DNA of 64,000 nucleotides from Leptogorgia sarmentosa (Eukaryota): NCBI GenBank assembly GCA_964658305.1, contig OZ210885.1, positions 2,852,001 to 2,916,000 of the forward strand, read 5' to 3'. Shown piece by piece: positions 27,139 to 39,624 of this stretch (position 1 is its first letter; each line of letters starts with the position of its first letter). The notes under the pieces were generated by a model. It saw only the letters and a program-made list of their open reading frames with translations, ran no database searches and was not told where the DNA came from. The position numbers and the translations under genes were made by a program.

Positions 27139-27480
27139 ATGATGAAAATTCTGTTCTTGGTTCTCCTTGTCGGAATATTCGTCGTTGAAAATGAAGCGTT
27201 GTTTGGACGAGTACGTTTTCGAGGTGTGCGACGTTGGCGACGAATACGTTTCATACCAAAGAACATCGGTAAAGTATACGACAAGCTAGCAAGCAGTTCA
27301 TTTCAAGAGACATATAAAAAGTTTTGCGGTGATCGAATGAGCAGAAACTGTGGCTACGATTTGGCGAGAAGAGTCCAGAAAGTCTGCAGTGGATCATGCC
27401 TGAACCGGTATATCAAATTCGGAAAAAGATCCATCGATTCGTCTGATTTCAGTGCAGGTATCGATAGGATTATTATATAA
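27139..27480 (+). CDS. Secreted cationic Cys-containing peptide precursor (candidate amidated antimicrobial peptide or toxin)
   Basis: Signal peptide MMKILFLVLLVGIFVVENEA; Arg-rich N-terminus; 4 Cys; F-GKR amidation/cleavage site; short acidic tail. Possible donor at 27458 with a 5-nt coding remainder at 27955-27959, otherwise stop at 27480. Confidence 0.8.
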   Translation: MMKILFLVLLVGIFVVENEALFGRVRFRGVRRWRRIRFIPKNIGKVYDKLASSSFQETYKKFCGDRMSRNCGYDLARRVQKVCSGSCLNRYIKFGKRSIDSSDFSAGIDRIII

Positions 27481-29036
27481 ATCAACTTCACATTATTTCA
27501 TCTATAACTTACGCATTTCTGTAACGAAGGTCAATAATAGCAGTTTTTTTTAGCACTTTCTGGATGGCCTCGTCAGACTTTTACACAATCAGTAGAGTTT
27601 TACACAAACATTGGCGGTGGGGGTGGGGAGGTATTAAGGTCGGGCAAATTGGAGCAATATCTACTGGAGAGGGCGGACGGTCTTACTCAATTGCTGGCTT
27701 CTAAGATACAGATAATGACAAATGTTAATATGAAACCTTTTATAATATCTCTATACCAGCTTGTTTTTTGTTGTGTACAAGTATTTCAGATCGAGTATGT
27801 ATCAATCAAAATCTGTTTTCGATGTTTTTATAACAACTTTCCACGTTTCACCAAGTGTCGTAATAGTTTCATGAAGGCTTGGTTTTCTATTGCTGACACA
27901 ATTGCAAAGACACAAACGCAAATAAGTGATGATAAAATATATACCTTACTACAGATTGAAGTACAGAAGACCCCAACTATTTATTCGAAATTTGGCTTTG
28001 GGCTACAGTTTCCCACGCCTCAAACCGAGATTTATGTTCTTTCTATCAGACATTTACAATTGACAGCGTATTCGTCCGGTGACTGTACGCCACCTCCCCC
28101 CCCCCGTAATGTCTTTTGTCCGCGTGGGCCTTAGCAGTTAATTAATTACAATTACGATAATTGCAGCCGTTTGTATTATATGTGACATTTAATTTTAGAG
28201 TCACTGGTGAACGATAACGTGCAACTGTCCAAGAGTAAAAGAAACTACAGGTTCTACGCCAAGTTCCCGTCCAAGGTGTTATCGCGTACAAGGAAGCTTT
28301 TCTACAAATGTTGTCGCAACGTTTGCCGCGATTCTGACATCCTGAAAGTTTGTGTATGAAGCAGCAAACGGGAACACAAAATGACTGCAAAACAAAGAAA
28401 AGGCGAAACTGAAAAAGGACTTTTAATGATCACTTAAGACTACCATGTAGAAGATTTAGCACAGATGATTTGTAATTTATAACATTAGTCAAATGAAAAC
28501 CCAAAGTCACAACTTCGAAATAAACAGCAAAGATAAGAGTTTGAAGTTTTTCATTCAAGTTAATGGGGGCTATTTCCATGGCAATACCTAGAATTTTTAA
28601 ACATGTAAACTGGAGGAGCCATCCCACCTCCCACCTCCCCCCCCCCCCCCTACCCCATCCTTAGAGGAGTTTGCCCCTAAGAGTAAAAGTCAGTTTTTGT
28701 CTGAAAATGAGCAAAGATCATGTTTAAATTGAGAAAGATTTGCGTAGAATACAGAAATAAGTGTTCATCAGATTTGTATTAGAAATACAATCTAGTAAGT
28801 AAACATGGTTTGATGCACACTCGGCATGGATGACAAACCTTTTTTGAAGCCATGTCAAATGCTACAAAATCGCCATTTCACGCGCGCCAAGAATAACGTG
28901 ACACAATAAAATTCAATGCTTCATTCTTTATTCAGATTCACTAAGCCAAACTAAATCACACTTTTTCTACCCAGTGATATTCGATCACTTCAAACAATAA
29001 ATCCAATAATCGTTTTCCTTCGTCCGATCCAACTGC

Positions 29037-32000
29037 TTAATAACACTCAGCGCTGGCGTCTTCTCCGTGGTTACAATTGTGAGATGCCCAACCACTACTC
29101 GGGCAACTCCACAGATAAGCCTCTGATCCATTGCATCCCACATCATCCAGGAGAATAGGCCCTCGCCCCTGGCCATACCGTGCTCCTTGGGGGGCAGCCC
29201 TTGCGCCATTGTACCCTAACTGACGACAGACGACATTCGCATCTCGTAATCCCCAACTGTCATCGCAGACTGTGCCCCAGCCATACGAGGGATGGTAGAT
29301 CTCCACTCGTCCTTTGTATCTGTATCCTGAGCCCACCAGCCTCACGTTTGTCACAGAATGACCTGCATGAGAAATGAAGACGCAATGAGGAGTGGGGCCG
29401 TCAGGAGAATGAGTAACACACCCTCTCCCCAAGGGTTTGAGATCAAATGAAAAGTTAGAATAAGTAAAGTTGGTTATAAAGTAAAACTTCACATTTATCA
29501 AAAGGTAAAATGCAAGGACAGGGAAAGGCGAATATGAAAGGAAACAAAAATACCCTTAAAATTTCTGTGCCAGCTTCTTTCTAGAAATTACGGCATGATG
29601 GATAGGTAGAAACTTAAAATAATGAGTAAATTATAGAGCATAAGGGATTAGCGAAAATCCAAGGAAGTTGAAGGCATGAAATAGTCAATTATGGTTTTCT
29701 CTAAACCATTGGTTCAAACAGAAAATATAATTAATGTTCTCACATGTTGGGACAGGATTGCTCCATGTGCCGTCGGATTTGCATTGAGTTGAGGAGGGTC
29801 CACTTATAACGTGACCTCGTGCGCAGGCGTAATGTAAGACAGATTTGTACGTCAACGAATTTCCACGTCTGTAAGCATTTGTTGGCGTCCCGGGATCTCT
29901 GCAGTCCGCTAAACGAAGAAACGTCAATTGTTTAATCAGTGTAGCTACTTCTTGGCAGCAATCTCTACTGGTAAAGATGTGAGGACGAGCTGTCCTTCAT
30001 GCGAAATGCTGTCCTTCACCCTATCTACTTACTTACTCACTACATACCATAGCAAATGAGACCATTTCCTGTGTAGCCACTCTTACAAGTACACGAAAAA
30101 GAACCGACAGTGTTTATACAATCTGCATGTTGGTGGCAATTGTGGAGACTGTTCTTGCACTCGTCAAGATCTGGAATGAATAAAAAGCAAAATGAAGATG
30201 GTTGTGAATTGTTGATGGCTTGGACTCAACGATCAGTCATTACTGTGATTAGCAAAAGGCTAATTAATAAAAAAGCTAATAAAAAAGATTATGAAATAGA
30301 AAAACCTGAGCATGTTTTGCCACTTCCTGTATACCCTCTATTACATCGACAGGTGTACGAGCCAGGAGTGTTGACGCAGGTTGCCAAGCCGCTGTGACAT
30401 TTTAATTTTTTTTTACCAGAACATTCGTCCAAATCTAAGAGAAAAAGTTATTGCAATTATTATATGAGATTAGAGAGTGTCTCCAGCGCTGCTGTTTGTT
30501 AGTAGAAACGACTAGACCAAAAACTTTACCGTATATTAACTGACTGGATATTTGTAGACACAGCGACACAGGTAGAAAAACCACATTACCTGTGCATGTC
30601 TTTCCATTGCCAGTGTAACCACGTTGACATCGACAACTGTACGAACCAGGAGTGTTGACACATATTCCTCCAACTTGCGCGCACGAATACTTCCCGTGAG
30701 AACACTCATTGAAATCTGAAATCAAATCAAATATTTTCAGCAGGAAAATGTTCTACCTGATTTTATAAACTCAACTGAAAATTATTTAGGACCACGCGGT
30801 AATAAAATCGTCAGCTTCATTCAATATCGATATCCACGATCAACAAACCAACCTGATTTGCAAGTGAAATTTCTACAGTCCGTGCAGGACGACGCAACCC
30901 AATGATATCCGTTGTTCCGTCCCCCGCTATACACACAATCTTCAGATGCGCTGTTTGGAGGCTTGCTGACGCCATTCTCCCAGTTGGTGAATGTGATTGG
31001 CTGGCTGTTTGTCCACAGATAGTACCCCTCGTTTGCCTGATCATTCAGACCTATCCAAGACGATCGCCCATGATGTAAATGCTGGACGAACACATCTTCC
31101 TCGGCGTTCCCAATCCCGACCAGGTTTCCGCCATTCTTCAGACACGTCCCCGAGGCATTCCGCCAAGATTGACACGATGTTATTCTCTCGTAACAGAAAC
31201 CATTGAAATACATTTGTCCGTCTGGGCATATTTCTGCAGTAGAGTCGAAACTATGTGAATTTCTATGCAGAAATCTCTTGTTTCATCTTAGACGCTCACG
31301 TCGTGTTTGCTAAATTTCGCTAGTTACGCTATTTACCTCGTAATACTACATGAGTGACGGTAACGGCATCATATCCTCTGCTGGTGTGTAATTCCTTGAA
31401 ACAAACTTTGAATTCTGATGTAGTTATGTCCTGGAATGAGAAAGAGCTTCATGTAGACTGACTGGACACTTTGAAAAACCTTCCCAATGAAAGGACTTCA
31501 AACTAAAGTTTGGAGTGGTCGCTATCCAAAATGAATTGTTATAATATCCCCCTTACCTCTGTCCACGCAGCAATGCTATTGTGTTGCGGGTCAATATTCC
31601 CACCGGATGAGCTGTGCTTGGGCAACACCAAGACAGTTGGGGGAGAGGGGTAGTTTCCAGTCAGCGCAACATCCTGAAATAAGAGAGAACATTTCTTGTC
31701 TTCACGCGAACGGGCTAAATTCAAACTATCGAGGAATGATTTGATTGATCTCTACGTCCGCTTACCTTACACTGCGCATAGTTTGTGCTTTCCAAAGGAT
31801 CTGATGTTGAGCGATCGAAAGCAGTTGTGCCAAGTTCAGTGAATACAGGGAACTCCAGTCCTTCAAATGCCAACCAGTTCTGAAAGAAGATCGTGAAAGA
31901 TCGATATCTTGGTAGGTATTCGATTCGAAAAAGTTTATCACTTGTTGATCTTTGGTCGATTTTGGCAACTTTTGTAAAACACCTCAAATATCAATGCAAA

Positions 32001-35000
32001 GCACTTCAGAGTGTTTTTAAACGCATTTGGAGTGTTTTTAAATCATTTTGAGTGTTAACCTTAACTTTTTGGTCGATTTTGGCAACTTTTGCAACTTTTG
32101 AAAAACGTTACTGCAGGCATAAATGTTTGTTCGGAACTATTTTTATTCATGGTTGATGGTTGAGCTATTAGTTCAACTCACAACAGAAATGTCTTGATGA
32201 GGTCCATCAAAATTCTGCAACTCCCTTAAGCACACTTTAAATGAAGTTCTCCCGACATTTTCTAACCACACAGAGGCTGCGTCGTGCTTCAGGCTCTTCC
32301 TGTAATGTTCTGCCGTTACCAGTACGGTGGGGATTGTCGAGAATCTTGCCTGGGAAACATCAATGAAGAGAAAGAGAGGTGGGTAACTTTGGCGTAAAAA
32401 TCTAACTTCTTCTGACTAAGACACTTCACAGACTTGCCTGCGATGAAAACAATTGTATGGTACTAAACGGTCAGTGGTAGCAACCGAGTGACTCTACGTT
32501 TCTGATTTCTCTTGATTTCTTCTAATGATTAGGTGTAGTTTAAAGCATGCTACCTACCGCAGAAACATCGACCGTTTGACATTTAGTCCCAGTCCACCAA
32601 TAAGCAATCGACACCTCCCCGGCCATACCACCTCCGGGCGCCCCTTGGTAGGCCATCCATTCCAGAGTCGCTTCCCCATGAGGTGGGCCCTCGTTCCTCC
32701 CCGACTCCATGACGCAAAACGAGAAACCATGAATGCTCACGTTTTCCACCCACGCCACAGCCGCGTCATGCACTCTGTTGGTCTGGTTCACGTGACTGAC
32801 ACTAACTTGCACGTGGACACTTTTGTCAGGATAGAATGTGAGAGGTTCAAATTCGACCGCCTGACAATGTGACTTCGACCACTCGGGAATTTGCTTGACT
32901 TGCGTGCGGCCTCTTCTCATAGGAAAGCCTGGAAACGAGTTTGAAAAAACTGTTGAAAGTAGAAGTTGAATTATGAAAATCTCATGAACAGATATATAAC
33001 AATAACCCATCTTGACAGCAAGATATTTGTGCATTATTTGTTCCCAGTAGTTAACAGGTCTGTCGACATCTTCTAGCAAGTTTGATGCGATGAATAGTTA
33101 GCCTTAAGTCATTCCATGCCAGGAAACCTGTTATCTGCACCCATTTATCATGGGTGGGTCTGCAGAGTGCTGATAGATATTGATATTGTCTGCACCCGCA
33201 GGTGGAGTAGTTATGGTTATGGTTCTCGAATCACGTTTACGGATTGCGGAATGTGGATTGAAGCAGACCATACATAGGCAGACAACACATTATAATTAAT
33301 GTCTACATACTATATTTTGTGAATAATTGAGCATTGGGTAAGCAGAGTGTAACTTTGTACCAACCTCTGCAGGTTCCATGATGATAGTACGTATAGTTTG
33401 ATCGTGTTTGACAAACGTCCAGTTTGTAGAGGCAAAGGTTGTTGTAACTTCTTCCATGTGATGCGCACAGATTTTGTTCAATCGACGGACAATTTGTGAC
33501 GCAAACGCATCGCGCATCGTAAGCGCCATAGGCACGGCAGACGGCGAACTTGTCGCACGTCACATTTAAACAAGGATCGAGACCTAAAAAGAGAAAGAAA
33601 TCACTCGTGAAATAGCATCCGCGCCTTTTCAACGGCAAAGTAACTCGTTTTTGCTGCAGTATAGTTTCTCTCAACGAAAGGAATTGCGATTATATTTCAC
33701 TGAAAATCAAATTACCTCCGAGAACGGCAAAATCAACTATTACTGGTTCATACTCTCCAGTGATTCCTGGCAACGCTTTAATACAAACTTCAAACCCAGA
33801 GATTGTAACATCCTACAAAATATTGTATTGCAAAAACTTCACTAAGTTTATTGCGATCATCCAGAGATTTTGATGTTTATCAATCAAATTCAGTCAACAG
33901 GAAGGTCATGCATTCTGCCAGTACCTTGACCCAGGCCACGATATTTCTATCGGTGAATGACAGAAGCGACGAGTTTTCCGCTTGCTGCCGTCTTGGGCTG
34001 ACCAGAATATTCGGAGGTAAAAAGTAACGTTGACTGAAGTTTTTATACTATGTAGAAAAAATCATGGTAGGTATAAGAGCTCGCATATGAAACAGGAGGG
34101 ATTTGTGCTTTGGGAATCTGGGATTTAGTCAAGATTTAGGCTGGGAAATGGGAATAGAAACCCCTCTTCGGCAGTGGCGTAGCCAGACATTCATTTGATG
34201 GGGGCGGGGGAGTTTTGAAATCTGGAGTCCTTCAATGGCGATTTCCCGTGATTCTGGGATGAGATTTGTGAAAATGTTTGGAGAAGGGATTGAGATTGGT
34301 AGTCACATGGGTAGTCATCGTCCCCCCCATAATTTCTACCCGGATTTCATCTTTTTACATCGCAGTCCTTCAGCCTATTGGGAAGCTGAGCCCCACCTCC
34401 CTTGCCCCCACCTTGCCCTTGCCATCCCCCTTGCCCCCGCCCCCCTTGCCACCCCCTTTCTTTGGGACACTGTAGTTTGACCAAGTCTTTACCGGCGGTA
34501 CTTTCAGTCATACCTGACAATATGCGAAGTCATTTTCTGCCAAAGGCTCGATATCGTTTGGAAAGTAGACAGAGTCAACATCTGTCATATTTCCACTGAA
34601 TTTGTGTTCCATTGCCAACCAATCCTGTGAAATGAAGAAATGGTAATCAAGAGCTAGAGTGTATCAGATCTTGGAACTTAATAAAACCAAAGTCATTCAT
34701 TACTCACAATGTATAGATCCTTGTGTTTTCCGGAAAATGAAATCATTTCTCGGAGACAAATGTCAAAGCCTGTTGACGTCACATTCTGCAACCAGAACGT
34801 CATCGCGTCCTTTCTCTGCGCGCGCCCCTCATGACGTATGCTGATCAAAAGTCTTGGTTCTCGTCTCGAGAATTGCTGAAAAATTAATTTGTTTTTTTTG
34901 CGTAAGGGCCCATACATACTTCCCGGTTCTGCTGCAGCAATCGTCTTTAAACGTGCGCACAATTTGAAGGAATTACGCCCAGGTTTCAAAATACAGACTT

Positions 35001-35811
35001 TCAGTCCTAAAATGTTTTGTTTCGTCTTTAAAGGTGGGTGGGGGAGGATGGGGGGAGGACTCCCCGCTACTCCGCGGTCCCTGTCGTGCATGCAGTCCCA
35101 GGTTTGTTTCTAAAGGAAGTGAGGCGTCTGACAACCCCCTAGTCATATGTGTCCTATATGATCAAGCCAACCGAAACACATGATCCCCAACCTGTATGCC
35201 GTAAATGTTTTATGTAATCGCCTTAGTTACCGAGGCATTAATTGACAACTTAGACCGACCGATATCTACAACATATACCTGAGGAAACGTGACGTTGGTA
35301 CAGGAACTTCCACTTGTGAAAACTGGGAACGGAGTTGTTCCGGTTTGCGAGCCTCTGGGCAAATGTCTGTCACTGAATGCAAACCAATTGATCGTCATTA
35401 AGCCAGTCGTCTGTGCCGGCTCCATCACACACACTGAGAAAAAGTCGTCGTTTATTTCGTCCACGATAACAACCGAGGCTTCGCTCCCGTTCAACGTTGT
35501 GCCTTCAAAACTGGTCGAAGGGAACACCCTGAGTCTTCCCTTTCCTTGGAAGGCAACGGGGAACGTGATGTTTCCACAAATAAACCCGTCAGTGTGGGTC
35601 TCGCTGATGTTCGTCTTGCCAAACCGTTGATAAATAATCGATGCTTGATAAAATAAAAGATTTAGTAAGAACTTTTGCTACTTGTTGATGTTCTTATCCC
35701 CTGCATGCACTGGCCACATATTGAATTCGATAGACTGATTTTAAGTCAATTTTTACCTTTGCCCGTTGGCAAATACGCAGCAAAGAAAAGCAGGAAAAGT
35801 ACGAACCACAT
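29037..35811 (-). CDS. Secreted mosaic protein: SP-(H-lectin-like)x3-FOLN/Kazal-(H-lectin-like)x3-CTL-EGF_Ca x3-sushi-SRCR, 18 exons, ~1083 aa
   Basis: Exons 35811-35757, 35643-35279, 34875-34708, 34624-34514, 34047-33925, 33812-33716, 33583-33365, 32928-32558, 32349-32182, 31879-31766, 31673-31557, 31430-31337, 31233-30853, 30715-30590, 30434-30306, 30170-30048, 29908-29744, 29362-29037; total 3252 nt, in frame. Motifs WIGLND (CTL), D.(D/N)EC..C.NT.GS (EGF_Ca), [10 protein letters not shown] (sushi), [19 protein letters not shown] (SRCR). The H-lectin assignment is from motif resemblance only. Confidence 0.9.
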
Positions 35812-35992
35812 CTTAGTATAGTCTGAAAAAAGAAAACGAAACTCAAGTTTTGAAATAATCTCGAAAAATCTCCAAAAATCCAAGTCCTAAAATTCTTTAC
35901 CTTTAGGCACAGAAAACGTTAGCAATATTTTCCAAGGTTTCGTTCCTGCTTGTTTAGCTTGAACTGTGAAGAAACGTTTAAGCTTTGATCGC

Positions 35993-35998
35993 TTTATA
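35993..35998 (-). promoter_or_regulatory. Probable TATA box of the mosaic lectin gene
   Basis: TATAAA on the minus strand, upstream of a short 5' UTR exon with a donor at ~35900 and an acceptor at ~35823. Confidence 0.45.
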
Positions 35999-36975
35999 TC
36001 TCACGTTGTGCTCATTTAGTCAGCTTGCAAATACAAAAACTCGAGAGTGCACTAGATTTTAATTACAAGAAACTAAAAATTTTAATTGGTTTTAAAAGTC
36101 CTATTATTTTTCAAAAGTCTGTTGAGTGTTTGTATGGAACATGATACTTTACTGAACTTATAAGAACTGGGTATACGAAATAAATCCTGTTGAATCATTT
36201 TTCACATAATCATCGTCAGGGTTGTGTGAGCCATTACAAAACAGTTTAAACTTTACTGCGAATGATTTCCTCTAGGTTGTGCATCTCTTTAAAGTCGAAG
36301 GGCTTTGCATAAATATGGATAGCAACGCAATGAATGACAAAAAATTTCCAAATCTAACAATCCCAGGCTGAATTTTAAACTCAAGAGATTTGAGAAGTAT
36401 TGTGGGAAAGTTTGAATTCCAAAAAAGCTGATTAAACACTGATGTAGTTGGAGGTTTTGATAACATTGAACCTGGGAAAGTGTTTATGGTTATTAGTACA
36501 AGATGTTCTTCTAATTAAATTAAAAGCGAGAGGGCTTTGGGAAAGCATGGCCCTGTATTTAGGAGATGAGCTTTTAACTACGCGAAGGTTTGCTTAATTA
36601 ACAGCTACCGATGTCCGATCGAAAGAAATGCAAATGATATCCACGACTACATGCAGGACTCAAATGCTGTTTCGTCTGGTCATTCCGTACTGAGCGCAAA
36701 ATGCATGCTGAGAGCAAAATGAACGGAATAAAATATCAACTTTATTTCAATTTTTGGCGAACAACGTGTGTACATACATAAAATCTACTTGTTTTCGATC
36801 GAGTCGAAATCGTGGTACAGTATATGCAAGGTTGTGTTTGGGCACAAAAATCACTTTATTTTTGTTCTGAAACCTTCCGATAGTACACACAGCTTGCTCT
36901 AGATCTTGACTGGAAGCGATTGCGTTTTTAAAATCTGTGATTTAATCACGGAATCGATATTTTTGGAAAAATCTG

Positions 36976-37500
36976 ACCGTATCAGCTGATATGTCAGCCG
37001 TTGAACAAAGACCTCAACGGGTAGTACCCAATATTTCTGAATTGAGAACACGGGTAATGCCCACGCTGGACTATCGCCTAAGATTGCTGGTCGGCGTTTC
37101 AGTATTACTCTTGATATAGTTATATTAGTGTTAGATATTATAAACCATTTTTCTATATACTAAGAATTTCCTTAATCCCAACCCAAACCCTAGAATCCTA
37201 ACCCTGACCATTGTGGTCAGAAAAATATTGAGGAAAAAAAAGTTTTAATTACTAACGCTGAAAAAATGTGTCGAACCGGGGCTTGAACTATAGAACTGCA
37301 ACGCACGCGGTGCGTGCGTTACCACTTGAGCTAATTCCAGCTCGCTGCTAACCATCCTGGCCTGGCTAAATGCATATGATTATAGACCCGGGCAATCACT
37401 GTTCATAGTTTACCACTTAGACGATAGTCCAGCGTGGGCATTACCCATGTTCTACCTGTTGAGGCCTTTGTTTAACGGGTGGATATGTTCGATATGGTCT
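36976..37500. mobile_element. Foldback/MITE with ~100-bp imperfect TIRs enclosing a tRNA-derived cassette
   Basis: GGGTAATGCCCACGCTGGACTATCG (~37051-37076) is the exact inverse of ~37422-37447; outer arms 36976-37024 / 37454-37500. Confidence 0.75.
37266..37343 (-). pseudogene. tRNA-derived (SINE-like) sequence
   Basis: A-box TAGCTCAAGTGG and B-box-like GTTCAAGCCCC; no valid anticodon arm. Confidence 0.55.
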
Positions 37501-38859
37501 GCATCCGACCCTGTAGGCAGCCCAGTAAAGTAAAATACGCACGTAACCGAACCGTATTGTTTATAATATATTATAATATATATAATAACAATAAATACGC
37601 TTCGGCTGCGTGCGTATTTACTTAAACATTGTGAACATAATTATGCCATTGAATTTTGCCTCACCACAACTTTGCACTAACAAAAGAGTTATATAAGTGG
37701 ATGCCTTATCCAGATATCTTTGACTGGAGAAGTTAATAGGAGGTCGCATGTCTCTACAATTAAAACGAAGAAGATCAAATCAACAATGATATCATAATAC
37801 ATTTAAGAAATACAGTTGGATTGAAGACATTTTCCGAGTTTCTATAGTGTTATAGAAACACTTGTGGAAGTTTGGGAGAAACGAGAAATTCCGTGGGAAC
37901 ACGAGCACGAAGTGCGAGTTTCAAGAACATAAAAGCATAAAATATATACTATTCGCTCATAGACAACTCGGCCTCGTTGTCTAATTGTTAAATAGAAACA
38001 CGGGTTTTTTGAGCTCTCGACCAATCGACGCCCGTGTTTTTAAAAAGCTATTTTATAAACTGTTTTCATTCATCGTTTGCGGTCTTCCTATTGTCGACTT
38101 GTAAAGCAATAAATTATTAATATAGTGAGATGCAGGTACATGAATCACAAACCTGCAAGAAAGTACTTAATTAATATATGTTCTAGTGTTGTGTCTCGAT
38201 CAACACAAGTGATCATCGATCAAGACTTCAGAAAGTTTTAACTCTTTGGCAGGCCGTAAAAAAACATTCTTCTCCAGGCTCACGATATAGGGCTTTCACA
38301 ATTCGTTCGGATTGAAAAGGCTATAGTGGAAAAAGTCTTGAGGTAAATAGTATACTATACTTACATACATATAAATATAAAGATACTATATGAATAAATA
38401 AACAATCATATATGTTTCTGCTTGCACTCTGACACGAGTCAGACAAGCGTTTTACACTGATCACTGATGAGATTTTTTAGCATACCTTTCGATGTGAAGG
38501 GCAGATGCATGTAATATGTAGCTACAATATAATTATAATTGCTGGTTAAATTTATCTTGAGTTGGCTTCTTATCTAGAATGCGCTGCGCTATTTACATGA
38601 TTATTATTGATTCAAATTTTGTTATCTAAGAGGATTAGCAAATTATTTTAAGAAACCAGTAGCAAATCACGGTGCCAAACGGGTTCTATATGCAAATCAT
38701 TTGAAATAATAAATAGTGTATATGGGCACAATGACAGCAGGAGGATACGTATAGCTACCGCCGACTTCGCTATTGTAAAAAGCTTTACAAAGAACTGTTG
38801 CATGAGAACTCAGTAGCCAATTGTAATCAAACATTAAAACTTCCTAGTCTTCCTATTAA

Positions 38860-39201
38860 GCCCTGGTTTGTACCATCGTTCTATAAGCGCACAGAACTAA
38901 ATCCTTTTATTAGCACGCACTTTGATATACCTATACAACATTAGCGGGTCTTTCTCTGTCTGCTTTTGTACGCGCAGACACTCTTATTAGTCAAACTATA
39001 TACATTCAACTTTCTTGGCGTGCCCGCGCGACTAATTTTTTGCGAGATTCAAACCTTAGCTTCGAGGAGCGTGCGGCACGGTCAGAAGCGAACCTAATTC
39101 GAGCAGCAAACCAGTTCAATTTATACAGCGTGCTATACCCGCTTGCTATGATGCCGAGAAATTGGTCCAGTGCGCTCATAGCACGATGTATAAACCAGGC
39201 C
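38860..39201. mobile_element. PIF/Harbinger MITE with TAA TSD
   Basis: TAA|GCCCTGGTTTGTACCATCGTTCTATAAGCGCAC ... GTGCGCTCATAGCACGATGTATAAACCAGGCC|TAA. Confidence 0.8.
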
Positions 39202-39624
39202 TAAGTCCGGTACATTAAGCAAGTAAAACTGAAGAAAAAAAGCCGATTTTTTCAATTTGAACAAAATGTATACAGTACATGTTTATAACTTATGCTTAGC
39301 AAGCCACAAAACGAATGTAATTTAAATTCGAAAATTCTGTTGTCACAAATTCCGTGACAACAAAGTTGCACTCTCTTTTAAACAGGAAAACAAAATTCAA
39401 GTTTCCAGCACATGAACTTCGATTATAGAAAGAGAAAACCTTTAACGGTGTGGTACTTATAATTTTTCTGCCCGATGTAGACACAATTAAACACGAATGT
39501 TACAACGTTAAAAACGTTTCGCCGGCGGTGAGATGACTGCTCCAGTACGGGTAGCCATCTTTGAAATTGCTCGGTCGAACAATCAGTGACCTAAGAACGA
39601 CTTTGCGATAGATATTTAAATTAG

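Noticed and set aside
27649..28134. 161-aa ORF downstream of the peptide gene
   Set aside because: Non-ATG start and no domain; probably intron and 3' UTR of the peptide gene.
34235..34599. Proline-rich ORFs
   Set aside because: Arise from C-rich MITE sequence (CAGTGGCGTAGCC..) in an intron and antisense to a real exon.
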